Origin: Octopus bimaculoides
Taxonomy: Eukaryota
DNA length: 64,000 bases
Direction: 5' to 3'
Assembly: GCF_001194135.2 (NCBI RefSeq)
Contig: NC_068985.1
Span: 110,366,602-110,430,601, forward strand
Shown here: piece after piece, positions 1-11,417 of the stretch
Layout of the letters: each line of letters starts with the position of its first letter
Position numbering within the stretch: the first letter of the stretch is position 1
Notes under the pieces: model-generated
What the model was told of the DNA's origin: nothing
Databases searched by the model: none
The model's input: only the letters and a program-made list of their open reading frames with translations
Made by a program: the position numbers and the translations under genes

Positions 1-335
1 TTTCAATAAAAAACAAAATAAAAATTTTTAACACTAATGTAAAAGCGGTGTTATTGTAGGGGGCTGAGACATGGCGGACAACAGTTAAGTCAAATAAGCA
101 AATACAATCATTCATCAACAGGTGCTTGCGTAGTATACTTAAAATCAGATGGCCCGAACACAAGCAATATGGAGCTATGGCAAAGAACGAATCAAGTTTC
201 GATTAGGGAGCAAATATTTAAGAAAACGTTGAAGTGGATTGGTAGCACAATTAGAAAGGACACACCAAATGTAGCGAAAAGTGCTTTGCAGTGGAACCCG
301 GATGGATATAGAAAGAGGGGCAGGCCTAAGAACAC
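1..335 (+). mobile_element. Decayed RTE-clade LINE, reverse transcriptase C-terminal region
   Basis: KIFNTNVKAVLL*GAETWRTT...FINRCLRSILKIRWPEH, then a frameshift to ELWQRTNQ...WIG..IRK...ALQWNPDGYRKRGRPKNT. These are typical RTE C-terminal motifs, with one stop and one frameshift. Confidence 0.85.
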
Positions 336-1145
336 AAAAGTAACTAGAGAAAGGGGGACATTCATAGCACAGTATATGTACAGAAGCGAAAAATTATGCG
401 ACATGGAATTCAATTATAAGTGGCCTATACTCCGCGTTGGAGGGTTAAAAGCAAGAAAAAAGAACTATTGTACATTACCCAATATATCTTACTTTTTATA
501 CGACGATAACTAGTAATTGAGAGAGATTTAGATGTTATTTCTAGCTTGACGAGTGACCACGTAAGGACCCCCATCCACATTCTCGTTTCCTGTTGTAGTG
601 TGTTGTGTGTGTAATAATGAATGTGTTTTATATTCTGAAACTAGAGGAAGTGGGCAGAACCCATGATACTTGTAGGCGCTCCGATCTTTGGGATATTGAT
701 GCTGTTAATGCTACGCTTAGCCTATTACAGCTCAACACCTGTAGGAAAGACACGAGGAGGTTCCAGAGGGTAGATATTCTGGGGATGAAGGATTGGGCAC
801 AGTCGTCAAAAATAAGTCATTAACATAGATAAAAAATACAATATATATATATATATATATATATAAAAATCGAATTGTTTTAGATCCATTACGGCCAATC
901 TTACCAAACGGTTTCGCCCTCAGGGTTCAATGGAATGTTAGGTAACGGCCCGATTATGTAAACCTGCGTTCTTCAGAGATAGCAGTTATGGAATGTAATA
1001 TGGTGACTGCGAAACTGATTGATAAGATCGACCATAATAGATATATAATATATACACATTGATTTATATGCCCATTCCATTGACAAATATACGAGTGCAT
1101 ATTTTTTATGACTTATAGATTCTTAGACGGCCAATATATATATAT

Positions 1146-1509
1146 ATTCTTTTACTTGTTTCAGTCATATAACTGCGGCCATGCTAGAGCATCGCCTTAC
1201 AGGTTTTTTTAAATTTTAGTCGAAGAAATCGACCCCAGGCCTTATTCTGTTGCGAGGACGTAAACATACCAACATCGGTTGTTAAGCGATGCTGGTGGGG
1301 GGACACAGATACACGTACACATAAATATATCCACACATATATATATATATACATATACGACGAGTTTCTCTCAGTTTCCACCTGCCAAATCCACTCACAA
1401 GGCTTTGGTCGGTCCGAGGCGATAGTATAAGACACTTGCCCAAGGTGCCACGCAGTGGGACTGAACCCAGAACCATGTAGTTGGGAATCAAGCTTCTTCC
1501 ACACAGCCA
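1146..1509 (-). mobile_element. tRNA-derived SINE family B (CORE-like ACCTTGGGCAAGT block, internal TA/TG microsatellite)
   Basis: Reverse complement of the family consensus seen at 18713-19089. Confidence 0.85.
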
Positions 1510-1769
1510 CAAGTACACACAAAAGTGCACTATGGATCTTTTCTAAACTTTGAGTCTCTGTAACATTTTTCTGAAAATTTTGTAAAACAAGTGAATAACA
1601 AAATCAGATTCAGCGTGAAAAATTACATCAGTATACCAAATTTGAATATTTTTACTTAATTTAAAATTTCCAGAACTGTGAGCGAAACGGAAAACGTCCC
1701 ACTATTATAAAACCATCTCAGAAACAACATCGCTTCCTCTCAGTTCAAGCAAACATTATAATTATAGAT

Positions 1770-1930
1770 AGTTCTTTCTACACTATAGGCACAAGATCTG
1801 AAATTTTGTGGGAATGGATGATTAGTCGATTACATCGACCCCAGTACTTAACTGGTACTTATTTCATCGACCCAAAAGAATAAATGGCAAAGTTAACCTC
1901 GGCGGCATTTGAACTCAGAACGTCAAGACT
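1770..1930 (-). mobile_element. SINE family A fragment
   Basis: Reverse complement of GAGTTCAAAT...CTTTCATCCTTTCGGGGTCGATAAA..AAGTACCAG..CTGGGGTCGATGTAATCGACT. Confidence 0.7.
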
Positions 1931-2077
1931 GCCGACGCACCTGCTCTCCTTATTAAACCCAAGGGATGGCAAAACGATACAGTGTAGGATTGCATAAAAA
2001 GTGAGCGTAGTAAATCTGGTGCACTAGATATGTGGATCTCGTACAATTTGCCGACTGATTTACTCCATGCTATATGG

Positions 2078-2561
2078 CAGTCATTCTCAACCGGTGTCCG
2101 TATGACCCCTTGGGGTCCATATGAAATTTCGGAGGATCCGCGCTAGCAAAGCAGAGTGGGGTCCACAGTAATATTTTAAGGGCCTATGAAAAGTTTTGAT
2201 ATAAATGTATGTAATGCAAGAAATAGTGGTAATTTTTCAGATTAACACACGCACGATTACCTAACCCTAACCCTAAAACCCTAACCCTAAACTCTAACCC
2301 TAAAACCCTAACCCTGACCCTAACACCCTAGTGAAAATCGTGCGGGTGTTAATCTGAAAAATTACTGAAATAGTTTAGTCTCTTTCTCTAACATGTACAT
2401 AATTCAGTTTAGACAAGTTGACAAGTGAATAACAAAATAGAAATTTTGAAAGAAGTATCTATAAAATTAGTTTTTAAAACAACGACTGGTTATGGGGGTC
2501 TACCAGATTTAAATAGTAACCAAAGGAGTTAATAGATTAAAAAAGCGGTTCAGAACCACTG
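2078..2561. mobile_element. hAT/Charlie-like non-autonomous element (hosts a nested MITE)
   Basis: Imperfect TIRs CAGTCATTCTCAACCG / CGGTTCAGAACCACTG. A related right end occurs at about 47390-47472. No TSD is recognisable. Confidence 0.6.
2228..2366. mobile_element. 139-bp MITE with 30-bp TIRs and telomere-like (CCCTAA)n core
   Basis: TIRs 2229-2258 and 2336-2365 (1 mismatch); 8-bp TSD GAAATAGT at 2220-2227 and 2367-2374; about 11 imperfect CCCTAA units inside. Confidence 0.8.
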
Positions 2562-3079
2562 ATGTAACGTCTGTTTGACCAAAGATGGCTTAGTGCTACG
2601 CACCAATAACAATTTGGTCCGGGACAACTCTATTAACTTCTGCTGTAATGAAGTAAACTGTGAAACTTCAAATCCAAGAAAGGATAACGAATGGATCGGA
2701 TCTTATAAGCCGACATCTTATGAGATTCTCGTCCCGGCCACGTTCAAAGGTTTTCATGATGTCAAAAGCAACGATATTGCTTTGGCATATAAGTGTCGTC
2801 TGGTCCCCAGACATTGATCTGGCTGTACCAATAATTCTGTATATTGACGGTCACTGAGGTGGGGGGGGGGAGATATACAAAACGATCGGTTAAAATGATC
2901 GTTCACAACTGTCTCCATCACTTTCATGGAAGTGAGAGAAAAAGACAGGCGGGATCAGGGACCGACCTTGAAGGGTTAAGACTGATCAGGTATAAATAAA
3001 CCTTACCCACCCCTAATAATTTTGTCTAAATGCCCTTCCTTCTACGTATCCACCTCACGTTTTCACCTTGGAGCGCGCC

Positions 3080-3585
3080 ATTTATTTGACAAACCCCCTA
3101 CTCCTCGGCTCCACCAACATCTTTACTTTTGGCAACTCTTTCTCTTCTTTCACTACCACAACCATCACCATCTCCTCTTCGTCCCGTTATCGCTGCCCCT
3201 CTCTCCACATATCTATCCTCATTCCGTCACTCACCTCACCGCCATCATAATTTCACCCCAGAACACGCTGTTTCCACACCCATCATCTTTTTCTCCTCAA
3301 CCACCCCCATCATCCCTCAATTCCCCCCCCCCCTACATCTTCACTTCCACCAATTCATCCTCATCCTTCTCCTCTTTCATCTCCGCTATCAATTCCATCT
3401 TCCCAAGATTCCCCGTCTTCTTCCTTATCCCCACCATAACACCACCACCACCACCACCACCACACCTTCTCCGCCTTCGCTCTGACTATTACCACAACAG
3501 CCTCCACGTCCTCTTTCTTCACTACGCCCACCTCCATCAATCATCATCATCATCACCACCCTCATCAATATTAAACGAACAATAA
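3080..3585. repeat. C-rich low-complexity (CAC/CAT/CTT) tract
   Basis: Visible trinucleotide runs; source of spurious ORFs. Confidence 0.8.
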
Positions 3586-3629
3586 ATAAATAAATAAAAA
3601 CACAGTATTTATTATTTATCTTTTTCATA

Positions 3630-3963
3630 TTTCTTTCCGGCAGTTTTCGTTAGATTTCCGTCTGTTTCCGTTAATTTCCGTGATAAGCCATGCGAGTAAC
3701 GTGTGGCATGCGTCGCCGTAGTATTGAAAGTTGCAGACGAAAATGTGGACGTATTGCTCTACACATTTAGTTGATATCTGTCTATAAACAGCAATTACGT
3801 ATATATAAACGTATATATAAATATATATAGTTTAGATACAGCCCTGTCGCTTCTTTCTTTGTCTGGTTCAACCGTTGGTATATTATAACATGGATGATAA
3901 CGAAATAGACAACTTGAGACTTTGCCTGAGTCTGTGGCAAAGCACTTCACCATGTTTCTGCTG
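3630..3963 (+). promoter_or_regulatory. Candidate promoter and non-coding first exon (distal)
   Basis: CpG-rich, four TTTCCG motifs, a TGATAAG motif and a donor-like CTG|gtaagg at 3964. No transcript evidence. Confidence 0.25.
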
Positions 3964-3989
3964 GTAAGGATTACTTTCCTTTCTTTGTA

Positions 3990-4420
3990 GTCTTTGTTTC
4001 TCTTTACTCGTTCTTTGAGGAATTCTTCCCTCTCTCTATCTCTCTTCTCCTCTGCATTACTACTATCCTCTCTCTATCCCGATTTTTACTGCTTTCTCTT
4101 CTCTCTCTCTCTCTGTCTTTATCCCTCTATCTCTTTTCTACCACTACTACTATTACTACCTTCTCTGTATCTCTACGTCTCTCTTTCTCTCTCTGTCTCC
4201 CTCCTTGTTGCTACTACTACTGTTTATATCACTATCTCTTTCTCGCTACGACGAATACTACTATTACTACTACTCTCTTCTTTATATCACTATATCGCTG
4301 CATCTCTCTCCCCTCCTCTTTTCTCTCTCTCTCTCTCTCTCTCTCTTTACTCTTGGCTACATCCTATTGATTTCCTCTCTTTCTCGGTCCTTTAATATTT
4401 GATCTCTCTCTCTCTTCTTT
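3990..4420. repeat. (CT)n/(TAC)n polypyrimidine tract
   Basis: Visible microsatellite mosaic. Confidence 0.8.
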
Positions 4421-4605
4421 TCATACTACAATCAATATATAAATTTCTAAGGGCATATCTACAGATTAGTGCCCCAATCCCGACTTTTGTTTTTTTTTTC
4501 ATATCTTTTCAAATGCGTTTTTTTTTAAGCGAAATTTTGCTGAAATTCATTTTCGAGGATGTAGATATTACAATTATGCTGATGTTTCAAACATATAAAT
4601 CTGAG

Positions 4606-4640
<35 letters not shown>

Positions 4641-7600
4641 TAGGTGAAAAATGTTAAAAGTTACGAAAATTGGTGGTAAAAAAAATCAGGACGGAAGTGA
4701 AAGGAGAAAGATCTGAAATTCCTCAACATTTTTTCTAAATTGTTATCAATATGATCTACATCCTCGAAAATATATTTCTTCAAAATTTCTCTAACAACTA
4801 TCCATTTTTTAGTAAGTTATGGGGAAACAAATCGGAGCGGGCACCTGTTTATAGCTATGCCCATCTATCTGTTGTTATCATTCACGTTGGACGGTGGTCC
4901 TGAATTTCCTGCATGTTAGCAAAAGACAGAATGGTCATGGCTGGATTGTCTTCGATCAGGTTTAACCTACGCTAAACCACAATGAATGGTCCTTCTCCAT
5001 GGGCATTCAATCTGTTAGAGACTGTAGCTAAATCTCCCTCAGATCCCCTTATTGTCTTAATAAAATAACGAATGAAAAGATAGACTAATGCTGTCCAAGG
5101 TACACCGTGTCTTAACAAACGACGTGGTAGTCACGATTGGCATACCTTTGATTGTAGATCTTCGTTAGTGACTAAACAATAATATGAAAACCTGCATGTG
5201 GTCGCTCAGTCTGTTAGAAATAGCTGCCAAATCTCTCGCAACTCTCTCAGTAAACATCTTTTAAAAAAAAAATCCAATCTTCAATGCATAGGCGGGATTG
5301 TCATGGGACGAACGCCTTTAATTATGTCTGCTCAGTCAGACTGGCCCGGGGGATACACAACACCAACGCAAAATACACAATTTTTTTTTCTAATAAATTT
5401 TTTAAATGCATAATTTACACATGTTTCACAAATGTGCGTATGTTGATTAGGCATCAGTAAGATCCCATGAGCAAACGCTTTCCAGTAACAACCGTCCCAC
5501 TGGTGCTACTTCGGACAGCGGAGAATTTTGGTTATCGGTCCTTCGATGTCCTATACCTCATGGGATATACGATAAGGGTACGGCAGTATGTGGAAAAGTG
5601 AGAATGTAAAATAACTTTTCGTGTGATCGTTTATTTCCGTTATCTGAATTCGGAATATCGATAAAGGATTAATGGTAGAATGAAAGCAATATAACCTATC
5701 TTTTTCCTTGCCCATGAGGTATGGAACTTCGAAGGTCCGTTATTCCAAAATTCCGCCCCTTGGACAATTTTATTCCATGTTCCCTCTTTTACTTTCATGT
5801 TTTTTTTTAAGATGCTAGAGTGCAGCTTGAGGGAGAATTAGGTACTATTTCTAGCTGATAGGTTGAACAACCACGTTGAGGCTTCATGCACACACTAGCA
5901 CACGCACGCATGTATGTTGGATGTAAGTATGGTTGGGTAGATGAAAAGTTTGCTTTGCAGTCACAGAGTACTGGGTTCGCTCCCACTCGTAGCACTTGTA
6001 TCTTATATCTCGGTTTCTAGCGTCGGTTGTATAGTCCATATAACACTGACTTCCGCGCAGTTACGTTTCACATTACGGACTGCGGCCATGCTACGCGTCA
6101 CCGTCGTCGTTAAAGGTTACGCTGACCACACCAACTCATTTCGGGTATTACAGGATTAAATGGTCAGGAAGTAAAATGTTCAAACACTCGTATTTGACGA
6201 TCTGATTCAAAACTTTCAAATTTTGCGCTGGAAATATGTCTCACGTGAGAGAAATCCAACGAATGTTGTAATCACCCATTTAAAAGGTAATGTTTTCACG
6301 TGTTGACATTGTAAACGAAGAATGCACGTTGCAGTTGTTGGCTACGAGCCAGTAGAACGAACATTGACATAAACGAACTCACATAAACATACTTGCACAC
6401 ATGCATTCATCCATGTTTATATACATACAGTAGAAGCCGCTTATTGTGATCGCGGCATACCTACACAATTGTGCTCTCTACTTCGATTTAGTTTCCTCAT
6501 AACTTTCAGAAAATGGATTTTTTTAAATGAAATTTTCTTCAAATGCGCTTTAGATCGTGTATATTCAATTTATATCGGAATTTGGTGTGAATTTTTTTTC
6601 CCCGGAGGTGAGGAGAGTAGTTTCGGAAAATTTACAAGATTCGGCTTTGTTTCCTCAACTTTCAGGAAATTGAATATGTTTTCAAATTTTCTACGAATGC
6701 CTTTCTGAATGTGTTGATTACGATTATATCAGGATATTATATGTAAAAAGAAAAGAAAAGAAAAAATCGGTGGGCAAGTACACAAACATAGTGACACGCT
6801 CTTGTATATTTACAAAACGAAACTTGAAATTCTAAGGAAATTGTGATGTGTGTCAGTATGTATGTGTGCGTGCTCGCCAATTTTTGTCTTCTTATTAAAT
6901 TCCGACATAATCGTAGTCGAAACATTCTGAAAGGAATTTGTAGAAAATTTCATTAGAAAATACCCATTTTTCTGAAAGTTATAAAGAAACAATGCCGACT
7001 CGAGGGAATTTTCCAAAACTTCTCTCCCACCCACGGAAAAAAATTGTTCATATTAAATTACGATATAATCGTAATCTGCACCATCTGATGTGTATTTGCA
7101 GGCAATTTCTTTGTAAAATAACATGTTTTCTGAACGTTATGAGGAAACAAAGTCAATGCGGGCAGTAGGTATGTCATGATCACAAATCTACACACCCAGC
7201 TATCATCGAGTCTGTCTCTGTCCCTACTTTCTTTTCGACCTTCTTTTACTCTGACACCTCATCTCATTTTTTCTGCTGGGGTTCCCATTTACTTCCTCTA
7301 TGTCATAACACCTGATTCTGTCCCTGTATCATATTTTAGCCTCGAGAATCCAAAGTAGCTTCTCAACACCTGACACAAAGACTCCTTCCTTGGTACAACG
7401 TCCTTAAGATAGCTCCTTGTCCTGAAGACCTTTGTGGCTGCACTAAAACAACAATACACTGATGTTAGTACAATGAAAGCAGCACCCAGTGGCAGCCCTC
7501 TATTTTCCACGTGCCATGTATAAGGCACTAAGCCGATTCTGTAAGGTGGTTGGTATAAGAAAGGGCATCCAGACATAAAAACCATATCAAAATGGACAGT

Positions 7601-8214
7601 GAAGNNNNNNNNNNNNNNNNNNNNNNNNNNTGGTATAAGAAAGGGCATCCAGACATAAACACCATATCAAAATGGACAGTGAAGCCTGGTGCAGTCTTCT
7701 GCCTAGCCAGCTCCTGTCAAACCACCCAACCCATGCAAACATGGTAAACGGACATTGAATGATGGTGATGAAAGGGAGGAAGGACTCTGTAAGAACATAA
7801 GCGAAGAAAAACCAACGCTCAGACTTCTGCATGATGTTATTGACTAGATACTGCTTGTAGATTTGAACAAAGTGCTCACATTTTGTTTTAGCTATAATGC
7901 AGTAAAGAAGCAATGCTCTGGCATTATGGCTCAATAAAAATAAGTTCTGATCATGCTTTGCAGAAGCAATATGAAATAGGAAGAAGAATCTGAAAGGGAC
8001 TTAGTGAATTATATGAGATATAATGATGACAGTAAATAGGGATCCCAGAATAAATTACTGTCATGGGTTTTGTAGCTGGATTCAATGGATTTAGGAAGGG
8101 CAGCTCTTTTAGGATTTATGATGTGGAGAAGGAAGGAGAAAATGCTTTATCAGGCATGGTGGTGTGGTTAAGAAGCTTCTCAACTATGTATGTGTGTGTA
8201 TGTATATATATATA

Positions 8215-8750
8215 CAGGGGTTGGACAAAATAATGGAAACACCTTAAAATTTCAGACATTTATTTTAATATGGGGTAGGACCACCTTTGGCAGAAATTAC
8301 AGCTTGAATTCTATGAGGTATGAACTCGTACAAAGTTTGAATTGTTTCCAAAGGAAATTTTGTCCATTCTTCAGCTAAAACAGTCTCCAGTTCTTGTAGT
8401 GATGATAGTGGAGGACATCGACTCCTTACTTGCTTTTCTATAATGCATCATAAATGTTCAATAATATTGAGATCTGGGGACTGTGGAATCCAGATAAGAT
8501 GTTCAATTTCACTAGAATGTTCCTCATACCATTCAGTAACAACGTTAGCTGTGTGAATTGGTGCATTATCATCCTGAAAGATTGCATTTCCCTCTGGAAA
8601 CAGTTCTGCAACCATAGGATGAATTTGTTCAGATAAAATGCTTAAATAGTCTTGACTATTAATTCTGCCATGAAGCGATAACATTGGGCTATTGGATTTC
8701 CAAGATATCTACCCCTCCCACCCAGATCATCACAGATCCTCCTTCATGTT
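8215..8750 (-). mobile_element. Truncated Tc1-like (DD34E) transposon
   Basis: Minus-strand IFQDDNAPIHTA...W.PQSPDLNIIEHL. One TIR TA|CAGGGGTTGGACAAAATAATGGAAACACC starts at 8215; the other end is missing. Confidence 0.88.
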
Positions 8751-9122
8751 TTACAGGTATATTCTTGTTGTGACAGGTATATTCTTGTTGTGACAAGTAT
8801 ATTTTTGTTCAAGTTTTAAATGCACGGCTTTGATTTTTGAGGAATTGATGTTAAACCTGTCTTGGAGTTTCAGTGCATGGCACCTTGAACAAGTACCTTC
8901 TATTATAGCCCAGGGCTAACAAATGCCTTGTGAGCAAATTTGACAGAAACTGTGTGGAAACCCATTGCATGTGTGTGCTTGTATTTGTCCTAATCACAAC
9001 TTGACGAGTGGTGTTGGTTTGTTTATGTTCCTGTAACTTAATGGTTCAGCAAAAAGGGATGGATAGAATAAGTACTAGGCTTGTAAAGAAATAAGTACTG
9101 GCATTGATTTGTTCAACTAAGC

Positions 9123-9397
9123 CAGTGGTTCCTAAAGTGGGTGGTATTGCCTACCTGGGGCAGTGGAAAGTTCCCAGGTGGCATTGAAGAAAAATGGGGT
9201 GATAATGGGGGTAGTGATTCATGTAAAAACAACAAAATAATGGATTCGTTAGGTTAAGTTTATTTGTGATATACAGTTGCTTTGAATTTGCTTCAGAAAG
9301 AGGTCTATGTTTGTGATGGATAGTTGGAGGTGAGGGCACTAGGAATGTGGCCTAGGTGTCAAGGGGGTAGCATTCCGAAAAAGTTAGGGAACCACTG
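9123..9397. mobile_element. hAT (Charlie/Buster-like) MITE inserted into a family B SINE
   Basis: TIRs CAGTGGTTCCTAA / TTAGGGAACCACTG; perfect 8-bp TSD AACTAAGC (9115-9122, 9398-9405) with central TA. The SINE 3' end resumes after 9405. Confidence 0.88.
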
Positions 9398-9564
9398 AAC
9401 TAAGCCATTCAGGATGGCACCCCAGTATGGCTGTAGTCCAATGATACAAGCAAAAGATAATAAATAAATTATCTAATTGTTCAGCTGTACCCTGTTATAG
9501 CACTTTCGTGGATGAAGGAGAGAAGAAACATGTATATATCATGATTGTGTGGAAAGAAGTTTGT

Positions 9565-9845
9565 GGAGGCGCAATGGCCCAGTAGTTAGGGCACTGGACT
9601 CGCGGTTTCAATTCCCAGACCGGGCGTTGTGAGTGTTTATTGAGCGAAAACACCTAAAGCTCCACGAGGCTCCGGCAGGGGATGGTGGCGAACCCTGCTG
9701 TACTCTTTCACCACAAATTTCTCTCACTCTTACTTCCTGTTTCTGTTGTGCCTGTAATTCAAAGGGTCAGCCTTGTCACACTCTGTGTCACGCTGAATAT
9801 CCCCGAGAACTACATTAAAGGTACACGTGTCTGTGGAGTGCTCAG
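9565..9845 (+). mobile_element. tRNA-derived SINE family D (3' end runs into N gap)
   Basis: Head GGAGGCGCAATGGCCCAGTAGTTAGGG...GGTTTCAATTCCC; same body as 39183-39483 and 49798-50183. Confidence 0.85.
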
Positions 9846-10949
9846 NNNNNNNNNNNNNNNNNNNNNNNNNNNNNNNNNNNNNNNNNNNNNNNNNNNNNNN
9901 NNNNNNNNNNNNNNNNNNNNNNNNNNNNNNNNNNNNNNNNNNNNNNNNNNNNNNNNNNNNNNNNNNNNNNNNNNNNNNNNNNNNNNNNNNNNNNNNNNNN
10001 NNNNNNNNNNNNNNNNNNNNNNNNNNNNNNNNNNNNNNNNNNNNNNNNNNNNNNNNNNNNNNNNNNNNNNNNNNNNNNNNNNNNNNNNNNNNNNNNNNNN
10101 NNNNNNNNNNNNNNNNNNNNNNNNNNNNNNNNNNNNNNNNNNNNNNNNNNNNNNNNNNNNNNNNNNNNNNNNNNNNNNNNNNNNNNNNNNNNNNNNNNNN
10201 NNNNNNNNNNNNNNNNNNNNNNNNNNNNNNNNNNNNNNNNNNNNNNNNNNNNNNNNNNNNNNNNNNNNNNNNNNNNNNNNNNNNNNNNNNNNNNNNNNNN
10301 NNNNNNNNNNNNNNNNNNNNNNNNNNNNNNNNNNNNNNNNNNNNNNNNNNNNNNNNNNNNNNNNNNNNNNNNNNNNNNNNNNNNNNNNNNNNNNNNNNNN
10401 NNNNNNNNNNNNNNNNNNNNNNNNNNNNNNNNNNNNNNNNNNNNNNNNNNNNNNNNNNNNNNNNNNNNNNNNNNNNNNNNNNNNNNNNNNNNNNNNNNNN
10501 NNNNNNNNNNNNNNNNNNNNNNNNNNNNNNNNNNNNNNNNNNNNNNNNNNNNNNNNNNNNNNNNNNNNNNNNNNNNNNNNNNNNNNNNNNNNNNNNNNNN
10601 NNNNNNNNNNNNNNNNNNNNNNNNNNNNNNNNNNNNNNNNNNNNNNNNNNNNNNNNNNNNNNNNNNNNNNNNNNNNNNNNNNNNNNNNNNGAGCCAGTCA
10701 GGCTGCACTGGCATCGGCTACTATCAATAAAATTACTAGATATACTAAGGAGAAAATGGAGGGAGAAAAAGTTATTTTGATTCACAAAAATTGGCAGTCT
10801 TTCGGTATTGGTCTACAGAGTGTCGATATGAAAAGACAACGTCATTCCCCAATTTTACCGACTAGCCTCTTTATGTCATCAGCAAAGGTTATGCGGGTGA
10901 ATGATGTCGTGTACCAATACCGAAGGATTACCGTAAAATTAAGTATTTT

Positions 10950-11227
10950 ATTTGTTTACGACGATTAATCTTGGGATACAATGAATTTTCCAGTATGGAA
11001 CCGTCGACACGGTATAACGAGGTATACAGAGTTAGCTTCTGTAGTGCTAACTAACTGGTGTGTGTGTGTGTCTGTGTTTGTATGTGTTTGTGTTGTGCGT
11101 GTGACTGGATGTATCTGGAGTCCTTCACTGTCAGTATTTAACGGATTTGACATTGTGTTGGTGAAACATTTTCAACTTCGTTATAAGCCAAGCGTGAACA
11201 ATCGCGTGCGACTAGGTTCATCATCAG
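10950..11227 (+). promoter_or_regulatory. Candidate CpG-rich promoter and non-coding 5' exon (proximal)
   Basis: Last CpG-rich block before the CpG-poor gene body; strong donor CAG|gtgagc at 11228 and a second AAG|gtaaat nearby. Coding exon 1 has an acceptor, so an upstream exon must exist. Confidence 0.35.
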
Positions 11228-11382
11228 GTGAGCCGCACTACTAAAAAATTTCAAGGTAAATTTTCGTTAGACTTACCACTCAGAAAATCCTGCGGGCCGC
11301 AGTTTTGCTTGTCGCTGTTCTAAACTGTAACTTTCCTCCGCTTTTACCTCTCTGTCCTTCGCTTTCTCTCACGATGCGCGCT

Positions 11383-11417
<35 letters not shown>

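Noticed and set aside
2575-2857. Non-repetitive-looking short ORFs
   Set aside because: No recognisable motif, no splice context and no start support.
3022-4402. His/Pro/Ser/Leu-rich ORFs
   Set aside because: They are translations of low-complexity microsatellite DNA with no domain motifs.
7549-7684. About 55-bp direct repeat either side of a 26-N gap
   Set aside because: Typical contig-overlap artefact within one family C SINE.
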